From the NCBI GenBank assembly GCA_965644295.1, contig CBFFRP010000078.1, positions 186,001 to 250,000 of the forward strand: DNA of 64,000 bases. The letters are read 5' to 3'. Source of the stretch: Paraphysomonas bandaiensis. Taxonomy: Eukaryota; Protista; Chrysophyceae. The position numbers and the translations under genes were made by a program. Below are positions 1 through 11,829 of the stretch, one piece after another (the stretch's first letter is position 1; every line of letters begins with the position of its first letter). The notes below the pieces were generated by a model that did no database searches, had not been told where the DNA came from, and saw only the letters and a program-made list of their open reading frames with translations.

Positions 1-1
1 T

Positions 2-814
2 TCAGGTGAATACGTACCCATAGGCCATGAAGATCAATATTATCATCATGATGTTCAAAGTGATAAGTCCGTCCACCACGATGACAATGAGCCGCTGGTG
101 GAAGAGGAGGGACATGGCGATCAATACAACCACTTCAATACACGAGTACGGGTAGACTCCATTCCCACAGTGAGTACAATAAGTGAAGATCCTACTCCAC
201 TTCCTTCTCACCCACTTCTTGCCCGCATAATCTCAGAGCGTAGAGAACAACAACATCGCAATCAAGAGTACTACATGCAACTTCATCAACAGGAGCAGAT
301 CATAAAGAATGAAGAGACCACTTTTTCTCGTGACCTTTGTCATAGTCTGAGCGGAGACTTATCGCATACATCACGGAGAGAGAGGAACGAGTACGGGTAC
401 AGACTTGCTGAGCGCATTGAACTGAAACGCAAAGAGCGTCAAGAATTAAAAGGGGTTGCGAAAAAACGCAATTCGAGCACACGCCTTCCTGTGGCAGTTG
501 AGCCTACAACTTTCGTGAACGGATACCCTGAGTACGTGTTAAAAGTATTTCCCCACCTCAAACCACGTCCCGAAAATAAACACGAGCCTCGAATGGAGTC
601 ACGCGTTTGCCCTTCTGGAATTAACGTGATGCTGAACATATATGATGAGAAAGTGAAAACCGATATTGATAGTACTTGTGGTAGTGATGTCGTTTTAGAA
701 GCAAACATGATGCCGCCAAAGGTAAAATCGAAAACGACACCTACATTTCATGTTCAAGCAAATTCAATAATTGGTGGTCGTTCGTCCCCACGTATTGCTA
801 CTGCTACTGGCTAA
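2..814 (+). CDS. 3' part of a hypothetical low-complexity protein (runs off the window's 5' end)
   Basis: The frame of ORF 98..814 stays open back to position 2 (GEYVPIGHEDQYYHHD...) and ends at TAA 812-814. No recognisable domain. Confidence 0.55.
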   Translation, partial: SGEYVPIGHEDQYYHHDVQSDKSVHHDDNEPLVEEEGHGDQYNHFNTRVRVDSIPTVSTISEDPTPLPSHPLLARIISERREQQHRNQEYYMQLHQQEQIIKNEETTFSRDLCHSLSGDLSHTSRRERNEYGYRLAERIELKRKERQELKGVAKKRNSSTRLPVAVEPTTFVNGYPEYVLKVFPHLKPRPENKHEPRMESRVCPSGINVMLNIYDEKVKTDIDSTCGSDVVLEANMMPPKVKSKTTPTFHVQANSIIGGRSSPRIATATG

Positions 815-1492
815 TGAAGCGGAGCAATATTTTACGTCGTCACCGTTTTTGTATTAAAATAATATGTCTATGTAATGTAAATATTAAAAGTTGAGTTTTG
901 CTCGTTTGATTGCTCTAGTGCTACATGTAATATGCTGGGGAATTCACCCACAACCCACAGGTGGTGAGGCACATGACTCTTCTCCTGAACAGAAATCTAG
1001 TTGGTATTAGTATTAATATAAATAGTAGCTTGAGTTGAGTTTTACTTATTGGGAAGCGAGTGAAAGCTGTAGTTTAAACGTTTTGAATTAGAGCCGTTAC
1101 TTGTTACTTTAAAAATACGTTTATATTATTATACTATTATAAAAAGACAGTATTATATAAACATCAGTGATGTGATATGAAGTAGCTTAGCTAAACTGAA
1201 AATATATTGACTGTACAAGATCGTGACTACCTATGTGTAGCAAAAATAGGGAGTTATGAAGCTATTATGGCACAATAGTAGTATGAGATGAGACGTAGAA
1301 ATAGTAGTCATTGATCAGAAAATATCAGTATAAAAGCCAGAAAATTGCTAATCATTCTTCATCATTCATTGTCACTCACCATATTGATGTTGCCACTACC
1401 ACCAACCAATATTTCACGACCTTATACAGTAATATAATATACAAGTTTCATTAGCCTAATTCAACTTCTTCGTTATCCTTGTCTTTATTATG

Positions 1493-1880
1493 TCATACAT
1501 AAAAAAAGTAGTCGTCGTCACTCATATCGGGATTGTCATGAAACCAGATACAATTTCTTTCCAATTCAAACTCATCGTAATCGTCGTAAGCCAATAGCAG
1601 ATTATGCAGACTAGCACAAGTCCTTACAATGTCGTTAACGAAGACTCTGTTCCGGTATATGATTGAATTCATCAACATACAAAAACGTAGTTTCAGAATT
1701 ATAAATGTACGTTTCACATCCTTTTTAATGGATTCAAGAAGTTCAGATGAGTACATTGATATCGCGTCATATCTATCAGCCCATGCGTCTATTGGAGAGT
1801 CAACTTTCTTGTAACCATCATTGACAATATCTTATGCACCGGGTACAGTAATAGACATATCACTCTATTTGAAACATCAG
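1493..1880 (-). mobile_element. Degraded PIF/Harbinger-type DDE transposase, C-terminal fragment
   Basis: The minus strand reads PGA*DIVNDGY...SELLESIKKDVKRTFIILKLRF...IVRTCASLHNLLLAYD. This resembles the Harbinger motifs YLIxDxGY, ESxRKDVExxFGILKxRF and CxxLHN, but has an in-frame stop and an eroded catalytic Glu. Confidence 0.7.
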
Positions 1881-1941
1881 TCTCATGATCATCCACTTAG
1901 AAATGACTCAACTATATAGTGATATGTCTGATACTTCAATT

Positions 1942-2177
1942 TATGGATGGATGGATGTATGTATGGATGTATGTATGTATGTATGTATGTATGTATGTAT
2001 GTATGTATGTATGTATGTATGTATGTATGTATGTATGTATGTATGTATGTATGTATGTATGTATGTATGTATGTATGTATGTATGTATGTATGTATGTAG
2101 GTAGGTAGGTAGGTAGGTAGGTAGGTAGGTAGGTAGGTAGGTAGGTAGGTAGGTAGGTAGGTAGGTAGGTAGGTATG
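1942..2177. repeat. Compound microsatellite (GGAT)n/(GTAT)n/(GTAG)n
   Basis: Tetranucleotide runs are directly visible; they explain the spurious MYVC/TYIH/TYLP ORFs. Confidence 0.98.
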
Positions 2178-2376
2178 TGTACATGTATACCAACTATACA
2201 TACTGCTGTATAGAAATATTCAAATTTAAGTTAAGTTGTAGTACAGTACAGCACTGTATACCATCCACCGTATACCCAGCAGTTCATATGGTTGTAGTCA
2301 GTTGTTATGTACATACATATCGATATACTGGAAGTCTATCTGTATAATATTCCTCTAATTCTACTCAACTAACTCC

Positions 2377-2409
<33 letters not shown>

Positions 2410-2502
2410 CACATATATATATATATACATCTAGTCCTCTTGGAGAATATATTATCACTTATTACCCTTCTAGAGGATTAGTTAATGCGGTAATTGATCT
2501 CA

Positions 2503-4828
2503 ATGGACCGGCCGAGATCTGATTCCGCTGATTTATATCAAATATCTCTACTAATTGATCAACTACGTCATGATGATCCACAAATTCGTATTAATGCTAC
2601 AAAATCATTAAATAATATAGGTAGAATATATATAAATATGTATTCTGTGAATAATACAGAAATACAGCGGAAGCATTGGGTCCAGAACGTACAAGAAATG
2701 AATTGATTCCATTTATAAATGGTTATTCCATACATATTATAATATAATGGATCTTATGATATTATATTATAGAATCAATTGATGATGAAGATGATGTTCT
2801 TCTTGCGATAGCAGAGAATATTGGTTAATTAGCTTTATGACTATTTTTATTGGTTTCTTAATATCGTTTTGCAGGAAATTTGAAACGTTATGTGGGCGGC
2901 GCCGAATTTTTGTACACATTACTTGAACCAATTGAGCTTCTTGCAGTAGTAGAGGATGGATCTGTCAGGGATGTTGTACGTATCGATTGTAGTCGATTTT
3001 AAGTAGTGTAATGTTGTCACAGGCCGTGATGGCAGTTGTATCTATTATAGAGGAAATGCCAAACGACCATCTACTCAATTATTTCGTACCTTTTGTATTG
3101 AAATTAGCTTCAAAGGATTGGTGAGTATGTACACTTGCATGTATCTTAATCTGTTTCTAAGATATCATTCCATTTAGGTTTACTTCTAGAATTTCTGCTA
3201 CCGCCCTCTTTCATATTGCATACTCTCGACTTCCATCAGACACGCAGCAGGAATTCAGAGCTATGTTTTCACGGCTCTGTGCAGATGACACCCCTATGGT
3301 CCGGCGAATGGCTGCAAAGCACTTTGGAAGCTTAGCTGCAGAAATGACACGTACGGAAATACAAGATGAGCTGTTAGGCCCCTTCAAGAAACTAGCTGCA
3401 GACGAACAGGTGTGAACTTATCGATATTTAGAGTGCAGCTCATGTTACCGCCATCATTATACTGTGCAAACATGAATATGACTTTGTGTGTGTCAACAGG
3501 ACTCTGTCAGAATTCAGACTGTGGGAATCTGTATTGCACTCGCCGGTGCTCTCCCGACAGAGTTGCAGGTGATAATCTGGTTCCTATGATTGTGAGCAAA
3601 CTAAATACAAATTTACAGATTAGTGAGGTACTTCCAGTAGTGCTGAATATTGCATCCGATAAGTCCTGGCGTGTACGCTGGTCTCTTGCTGCCAAGATAT
3701 CTGAGGTGGGAAATGTGATGGGAGAGCAGGTTACCAATGGCTCCCTGTGTGAATGCTTCGAGAACCTGCTACGTGATCAGGAGGCCGAAGTGCGCTCCGC
3801 GGCTGCGGGAAATATAACGAAGATGTGTAGTATAATACGCAAAGACATCACTATATCACGCATATTTCCAGTAGTGAATCTGATCGTTACAGATTCCTCT
3901 GACCATACTCGCGCTTCTTGTGCATCAGTAATAAACTATCTTGCGCCACTTTTAGGACGGGACGATACTGTAGAGAACCTTCTACCTATGCTACTTCAAT
4001 TGCTGCGAGATGATTCATCTGATGTGAGTACCAAGATGTATTTTTCCATTTTGTGTTCTTCTTTCGTTTATACATCTGAGCACTTAAATTACGTTATTTA
4101 ATGGTTATGCAGGTACGTCTTAATATCATCGCTAGTCTAGATGCAATCAATGCGGTTATTGGAGTGGAGTTGTTGAGCCAGTCACTACTTCCGGCGATTG
4201 TCGATCTTGCTGAAGACTCAAAATGGCGTGTGCGCTTCGCAATCATTGAGCACATTCCACGCATCGCCGGTCAACTTGGGTGCACATTTTTTAACGAGAA
4301 ATTGATTAATCTCTGTATGACTTGGCTCGGTGATGATGTTTACTCCATCAGAAGGGCTGCTGCAAATAATCTGTGCGAATTGAGTTCTCAATTCGGTGAG
4401 GAATGGGCGAAAGAGCAAATCATTCCTCGTATAGAGCGCATGCACACGCATACCAACTACTTACAGCGCATGACAGCTTTATACGGCATTCAAGTGCTGA
4501 TTTCGAGCCTCTCGCAGCCCACTGTAGAGGAGGTTATTGTTCCCCTAATAATTCAGATGGCTTCAGACGCAGTTCCCAACGTACGCCTGACAGTTGCTAG
4601 GACATTGAATGACATCGTTAGGTCAAATGGAAAGAAATTCCGCGGAAATTTTTTGGCCACATGTATTCAGCCTGCCCTTGAGACGCTCCTAGTTGACAGC
4701 GATCGCGACGTGAGATTTTACACAAGACAGGTCAGCAAAAGCCACAGTTTCTGCAACTATCGATTATTTGTAATATATTCTTGCAGGCTTCGGAAGGAGT
4801 GGCTGCTGTGATTGGAGGAGCGCAATAA
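2503..4828 (+). CDS. PPP2R1A: Protein phosphatase 2A scaffold (A/PR65) subunit with HEAT repeats, multi-exon
   Basis: Spliced translation gives LYQISLLIDQLRHDDPQIRINA..LGPERTRNELIPF..DDEDDVLL..WFTSRISA..DDTPMVRR..DKSWRVR..DQEAEVR..VRLNII..LLSQSLLPAIVDLAEDSKWRVR..DAVPNVR..DSDRDVRFY. Introns are GT-AG; stop TAA at 4826-4828. Confidence 0.95.
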
Positions 4829-6570
4829 TGATAGATAGTTTATAATATCAGTACAGACTGTTATGACAGATACTAAAGTTTTACCTGTTGTACCTTCTTA
4901 TTATTGTGCGGTCTCTTGCCCATGTGATTTAACTATTAAAATTGGAATGAAGTTTATTTTTCGAGTTGGATAACAATACCAGCTTGAGTTGCTACATATC
5001 TTCCGGTGAGCCCCTTATCTGATTCGTGTAGAATTTCTTCACACGTTAACATTCGACTATAAATGAGTAGAGCACAGGCCTAGGGAATAGGGAACAATAT
5101 ACTGACTTCTGATTTGTCTATGAAAACTTACAGGTAGGGAATATATAGATACTGTTTGAATTATTAGCAATTTACACATAAAACTAATGAGCATCACATG
5201 TACGATAACCGATAAATTGTATGATGTATGATAGTAGCGTTGCTAAGCAATAAGTTGCCAATCATCTCCTTTGTTGTTAAACATTGTGGTTATAGTTGAT
5301 TTACAAAGTGAGTAGAAGACAAAACTATACCTCCAATAAAGAGGTAAACACCGTTACAGTATTACGTATACGAGTTGTGCACATTAATCCTAATCTTATC
5401 AACACTTTAGTGTACTGGAGTGCACTCCATTGGCAGTTCTGTTATAAAAATCGTTAAAGCAATACTTGCATTGCACATATACACTCACATGATGACCTCT
5501 GCGCCTCATCCACTCAGAACGTCCCTATCAACAGCGGATAGTAGACACTGAGAAGAACCCCAGAAAGTTATTGAGAATTCTACACCACGCAGTTAACTTC
5601 TTGTCAGTTAACATGTCAATAACATACCATTTCCGGTCCGTATAATGTATATTGCTTCACACATTCCATTTAGATTAGATGTGCAAGTACCAGATACAAC
5701 AAAGTCATTGGTGCATACAGGAGCACCCATTAAATACTTAAATACATACCAGATAAAAAAGATTTGTTATCATCTGTTAAACCAGCTATGATGGGCTCAA
5801 ACCCATGGCTTAAACCTAGAAGAAACATCAACCGCTTTCAATATATATTGACTTGATGCAATTAACGTTTATTAAACGGTCGATTTCGTGCTAATTCTAA
5901 ACCACATTATACATTATTATATTATACAGTTCAGTGTGCTATTATACAGCTCAGTATTGTGTAGTACAGTGTATTTATAGTCTAGTGCTCGTTATCGCCA
6001 TATCTTCATGGTGTCTAAAAGTGTCCATAACTATAGCGGTTAACACACTATCAGTATTACGCAAGTTGAGCTGTTTCACATTTCAATTGAATTATGGAAG
6101 ACTTGTGCTTGGTAGTGCAAGGTCAGCAGGAACGAAATATTCTAAATTCTTCAATGAGAGACTACTTGAGCCGCTTCCAAACTATGATCAGACTCATCAA
6201 TGACATTGAGGGGTTACGTGAAGTGGCTCTTGATATCGATGACCTGGAGTGGCAAGGAAACATACTGGAGTAGCCAAAGATGTTCTCACACTGAAACTTC
6301 CGATGGCAGTACAAACAGCTAAACTATTGTTCGCAAAAATTTCTGTAGACACCACATTACCAAATAAGCAGAAAACGGTGGGAAAGACACAGTAAAGAAC
6401 CTTGATGATCCTGCAGTGGTGGACACTCACAACCCTGCTGCAAATAAAGTAACAATCGTCCAGACATGGACAAAATATGATCCCCATGGCCAGGTAGAAT
6501 GGACGAAGCTCTAAAAAATCTATATTAAGTTACAAACGAGACATAGCAGGCAAGAAGAGAGAGGGAGATA

Positions 6571-6808
6571 CTGGTTTAGGAATGACTTGCTCTCGAAATC
6601 GTTCAGGGTACATATAGTAGTCTGGTATATTTGACCATTCCAGGGTAGTTTCTATGTATTGAAATGTTTCTATATCAAAATATAGTGACAGAATGTCAAA
6701 CTCATTGACTGTAAACTTTAATGGAGCAACTGTTCTTCAACATTGCAATATATAGAAACTACCCTGGAATGATCGTACGATTTCGAGAGCAAGTCATTCC
6801 TAAACTAG
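6571..6808. mobile_element. MITE with long terminal inverted repeats, flanked by TA (Tc1/mariner-like)
   Basis: The left end TA|CTGGTTTAGGAATGACTTGCTCTCGAAATCGT matches the reverse complement of the right end ACGATTTCGAGAGCAAGTCATTCCTAAACTAG|TA. A second inner inverted block lies at ~6633-6668 versus ~6739-6774. Confidence 0.85.
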
Positions 6809-6854
6809 TAGCATCCATATATATATCATCATAAGCATGGTGACCTTTAAAAGA

Positions 6855-7149
6855 CAGTCAGCATCTTATTTATCGGAAATAAAATGAATTAAGAATACTC
6901 TATATTACTTACATACAACTACGGCTGTATTATACATGTAATTGTTATCTCAATATTAGAGGCATATGTGAACTAAAATATACACAGAATGCCGATATGG
7001 TAAGATGCTTCTATATATATATTTTTGTTCAAAGATGCCTGTATTATTGAGATAACAATTATATGTATTCCAGCCGTAGTTGTACTTTAGTAACGTACAC
7101 TATATTTACTTCAATTTATCTCCGAAAAATAAGATGCTGACTGCCCATA
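6855..7149. mobile_element. Two inverted copies of a ~145-bp short-TIR element, forming a palindrome
   Basis: 6855-6997 and ~7005-7149 are diverged reverse complements (CAGTCAGCATCTTATTT...TCTCAATATTAGAGGCAT...ATGCCGATA). Same family as 13487, 36098, 60479 and 60816. Confidence 0.8.
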
Positions 7150-8624
7150 CGGTGGAACTCTGTATATCCAGTATCCAGCATCCAGCAAATGTACAGTATT
7201 ATGGAAAAAACTGATTTTTATGTAGTGAAAAGTGGATTTTTGTCCAGTAGTGAGTATACCTACTAGGATTGCCGCCGCTTTTTTGGTCATTTTCAGATGT
7301 CCATTATTCGACACACAGATCATCAATTGAAATACAAATTATATCAGAATGCCAAGCATACTCTCGACTTTGTGTCACTATAATCGACTTTGTGCTCTCA
7401 TGAACTCATTGTTGTGTTATTTAAGTTTCAAATGAGTGCCTTAAGCGTTTTTTGACAGTTTTTTTTTGGAGCTCACGATTACCGCCGCTTTTCAACCGCC
7501 TGACTTCCAACATTTCGACCTCAAAATCATTGTTTGGCTGAATATGTCTGCGCACACTGCATTGTTAATGGAGATAATAATACCGTTAGACTAATTCAGA
7601 GGTGCTGGACTCGAATACGTCGTCAGATTCTTATATTTCGTTGAGTATCAATAGTTATAGCATGATGCACCACTCAACTCACATTTGTACATTACCTGCA
7701 ATATTGACACGACCTGACCAAATTGGGCTGTATTGACAACAGTCTAGGTCGTTTATACAGTATGCATTGTCAAACGGTAATCTACGATATCAGCGTTAAT
7801 GAATAATGTACACTTCTTGTGTCTCTAATTCACTTTTCACAGTTTGGGGACCCGGACCAATCAGTGTGATGTCAATGAGAAAAGTTTAAACACAAGTAGT
7901 AAACTTCACGTTTAGAATGGGATGAGGAATTTGATGCCACCTAGGCATTAACTCAGCGATATCATTCCTCTATTTTCAATATTTCCAGAGCGTTGTGGAG
8001 GCTCATTTAGAAGAACTTATCAGTGTCGAAGAATTTAGCTATCGATCTTCAATAATGAACCAGCAGTGAACCTTATGTGCTAAGCATTCTACCAGAAATC
8101 TAACAGACTTAAGAAGTTTGGGTTACTAAGTGTTGTGAGTGCATGATATGGTGCAACCAAGATGAGTGTTAAAAGTTAAAAGGTGTGTCACTGGGTGGGT
8201 ATCTTTACGAGGGTAAAGATATGCATACTTTTTGCGACTTTTCTCTATCAATAGTGGAACATATTTGTGCTTAGCTATTTAAGTGTGATAGATTATGCAA
8301 TTGGCAGGGCCAATTATCAATTAACCACGACCATAATTCTAATACATAGATACATAGGACTTCAGTCATGTGCCTAAGTAGCTGATTTGGTGATACCTAG
8401 CTAGTTATATATTGATTGCTATAAAGTAATTATTTAATATAATCGAAAATTCGAATGACAGGCTTTGGTAATAAAGCTATAACAGCTCAACGTGAAGGCA
8501 ATAACAAATGGAAAATGTGTGATAGAAAATGAAATGAACACATTAATAGAGAGTAGAATAACAAAATAGATGGTTGTCTCGGGGATTGTTGTAGTGAGCG
8601 GACATTGGTTCTTCTAGTATTGCC

Positions 8625-9580
8625 ACATACCACGCGTTTGTGGTAGTATTGATCCCTGGTGCCACCTCTGCTGACGGTGTTGGCATATGGTCACCAGCTC
8701 GTTCAGCGGGGGGCCTGCAGCTACTTTACTTCTACTTGCTTTGTTACCCGTTCTCCCTGCCCATCTGGAGTCCAACTGCAAACTTCTTATTCTGCTGCTC
8801 TTATTGTCGCACTCGTTCAACCGGGTTATATAGAGCACACAGTGCCCGTGTGTCAGTCCTACCCGCAATAGTGTTCTCCAGCTGTCTTCGGTTGGTGGGT
8901 CGGCGCAGAATGCCTTCAAACCGAAGTGTTGTCAAACCCCACACTAGTGAAATGGAGAAGTTCAAAAGAAGTTCATAAGGTAGCTCGCTGAAGTTCATTG
9001 TTGCATGAACTACCTTTTGAACTTTCACAGTCCACACTTTTTTATGAACTGCCTTTTGAACTACCTTATGAACTACCTTTTCAGCTTCCTGATTTCACTA
9101 GTGCCAGGCGAGTACGGAGAGTAGACTTATCATCGCGCTGGGTGCGCAGAAACACACTATAAACTTTGCAGATGCTTTCTTGGGTTGATGAGGTGCTACT
9201 CCCTTAAGCAAGGGGGCCTGATATACACCCATAAAACGCATGCATTTATTAAGATTAATATACGCACTTTACATTCTTCAATTGTGTACTTTCGATGCAC
9301 AGTGGGGCGTTCCACTTAAGAACACCAACCTATAGCTTCAACAAGAGCCCTCTCTCTGGCCATGGACGGCATTATGGGCCTTCCATTGTCAGTGCTGTCC
9401 AGCACAGTCAAGTGCTTCAACACCGTATTTATAGCCCGTTTCTGGTGTACGCATGCTGGCAGGGTGCTGCTAGAGACAGCTTCAAGTACTTCTCCAGTAA
9501 TTAGAGTGTGGCTCTATGGATTCAGTCGCATTCCGCTGTTTGCAGTATTATTCGTAGATTTCTGATTGGATTGCTTTAGC
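8625..9580 (-). pseudogene. Degraded intron-containing gene fragment interrupted by a CACTA MITE
   Basis: GC-richer, codon-like segments on the minus strand (HTLITGEVLEAVSSSTLPACVHQKRAINTVLKHL...ERALVEAI, then a GT...AG-bounded gap) with in-frame stops. Family not recognised. Confidence 0.35.
8942..9103. mobile_element. Non-autonomous CACTA (EnSpm) element, 162 bp
   Basis: TIRs CACTAGTGAAAT...ATTTCACTAGTG; 3-bp target duplication CCA (8939-8941 and 9104-9106); oriented subterminal repeats AAGTTCA on the left and TGAACT on the right. Confidence 0.92.
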
Positions 9581-10156
9581 ATTCTCTAACTAATGCAAAC
9601 TACCATGAAATTTCAAATGGAAGACATCATGTAGTCAATAGCAATCAGTTTAACGTATGTGTATAGTTTCATATGATAGAGATGCTTATGGCGGGAGCTG
9701 AGAGCAGATCAAACTCCTTAAAACAAAAAAAATGAACTATTTTGAGGTGACTTCAGTTCGAAAAGCGGCGGTAATCGTGAGCTCAAAAAAACAAAGCGGC
9801 GGTAATCGTGCACCGACTTCCTACTTCGCACGACGTACATGTAGTGATGTAGGTATTCCATGGGTATTCCTACTACATATTGGTACCGTACAGGAGAATT
9901 CACTGACGGCCATTTTATGTACATATATACCAAAAAAAAATATTGGAAGTGTGTGGTGTTAGTCTACAGCAATTCAACCATACATAACAACACCACGAAT
10001 AGACTACCCTACATATAATACATACATATATGTACAGTACATACCACAGCATTCATATACATGTATATGACAAGTCAACGCATCATACATACTTAACACC
10101 CTCAATATACATACATATTCAATTCAGATTATCAATTAAATAGTTTTATAATTATC

Positions 10157-11829
10157 ATGACACAATGTGCATCACCAGGATGTGAAAATACGGCTACATT
10201 AGCCTGTCCAACATGCTTAAAGATAGGTATACCTCCTACTAGATTTTGTAGTCAGGAATGCTTTAAAAATAACTGGACGAATCATAAACAACTTCATAAA
10301 GCTATTAAATTAGCACGTCAAGAAGTGAAACAAGATCCATCTGCTGTTCCTAGTGAGTTTTATGGGTTTCAGTTCACTGGTCCACTGGTACGATACACAC
10401 ACACGTAGACATACACATACATATATACACATATATATATATATATGCTATACTTACATCATGTATATAGCGTCCAGCTATGGTTACACCTAAACGTGAA
10501 GTACCCCCTGAAATTCCTAGACCAGATTATGCGAATCATCCAACAGGCATTCCTGAAACTGAAATGCAAGACAGGCGTACGAATAACTCGATTAGAGTAT
10601 ACACACCAGAAGAAATTCAAGGTATTAGGGAGGCGTGTAGAATTGGTCGGGAGGTATTGGATATAGCGGCTGCAGCTGTGCGTGTTGGAGTTACATGCGA
10701 TGAGATTGATAGAGTGGTGAGTTATAATAATTATGCTCATTCTCGAAGATGTGTGTTTTCTATATATGTTCATCTTATCCTATTGTGTAGGTGCACGAGG
10801 CCACAATTGAGCGCGGGGCGTATCCTTCTCCTCTCAACTATCACCAATTCCCGAAATCAGTGGTATGTGCCTTCACTTTCCGTTACGACTTCTGTATTAC
10901 GTGTGCTGTGCCGTATACCATGAACTGAACACTACACGTATCTGACTGGTTTCATTGCTTAGTGTACATCTGTAAATGAAGTGATCTGCCATGGAATCCC
11001 AGGTACCGTATTGATTTGAACTGGTTCGCAAGGGACGATCACATTTATGTCATTGCTTGTTTTTGTTGTTCATTGGGTATTAATGTTACATTGTTTTTTT
11101 TTTTCTTTATTTGCTGCACTGTATGACATGACAATTATTACGTATATTGTCCCTCATATGGACATCACAACTCTCTACACTTTGTTGTATGATCGTATGT
11201 TTCGTTGTGTAGATATGCGCGAGCTAAAGGACGGTGATATTTTGAACCTAGACATATCCGTGTATTACAACGGCTACCATGGTGACTTAAATGAAACCTT
11301 CTGTGTGGGTAATGTGGATGAAGAGGGTCGTAAGCTAGTGGAGACAGCATATATGTGTCTCGCTAACGCAATTTCAATGGTCAAGCCAGGAACCCTTTAT
11401 AGAGACTTTGGGATGACCATTGCTAAAACGGCGAAAGCGAACAACTGCTCTGTTGTGCGAACTTATTGCGGACATGGTATTGGTACTCTTTTCCATACTG
11501 CCCCAAATGTGCCACATTACGCCAAAAACAAGGCCAAAGGTGTCTTGCAGCCGGGGCATGTGTTTACAATTGAACCAATGATTAATCTTGGTAAGTGCAA
11601 GTTATGGACATGAAGAACATATCCAGTATTTGATTGTGTATGTTATATAGGTGGCTACCGTGATGTCCTTTGGCCTGATGGCTGGACAGCCGTCACTGAA
11701 GATGGATCCAGGTCCGCTCAGTTTGAGCATACAATGGTAGTCACAGAGACGGGGTGTGAGCTTCTGACCGCACGAATTGGGGAACCCACTGACAGATTAG
11801 TTTGGAATCCGGAAACATTTTCGAAGTAG
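10157..11829 (+). CDS. METAP1: Methionine aminopeptidase 1 (zinc finger plus M24 domain), copy 1, 6 exons
   Basis: N-terminal [28 protein letters not shown] zinc finger, then [70 protein letters not shown] and SAQFEHT. Stop TAG at 11827-11829. Confidence 0.96.

Larger units (their letters stand above)
7267..9810. repeat. Distant inverted-repeat pair, possibly the ends of a non-autonomous DNA transposon
   Basis: Perfect 25-bp IR GAGCTCACGATTACCGCCGCTTTTC (7469-7493) versus 9760-9784. The outer motif at 7267-7283 pairs with 9793-9810, and ACCTCAAAAT (~7518) pairs with ATTTTGAGGT (~9739). Confidence 0.55.

Noticed and set aside
1885-2201. ORFs with MYVC/TYIH/TYLP repeats
   Set aside because: They are translations of a stop-free tetranucleotide microsatellite.
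5400-6515. Coding-like fragments on both strands (e.g. MRDYLSRFQTMIRLINDIEGLREVALD)
   Set aside because: They contain stops and frameshifts and match no family I can recognise, so no call can be supported.
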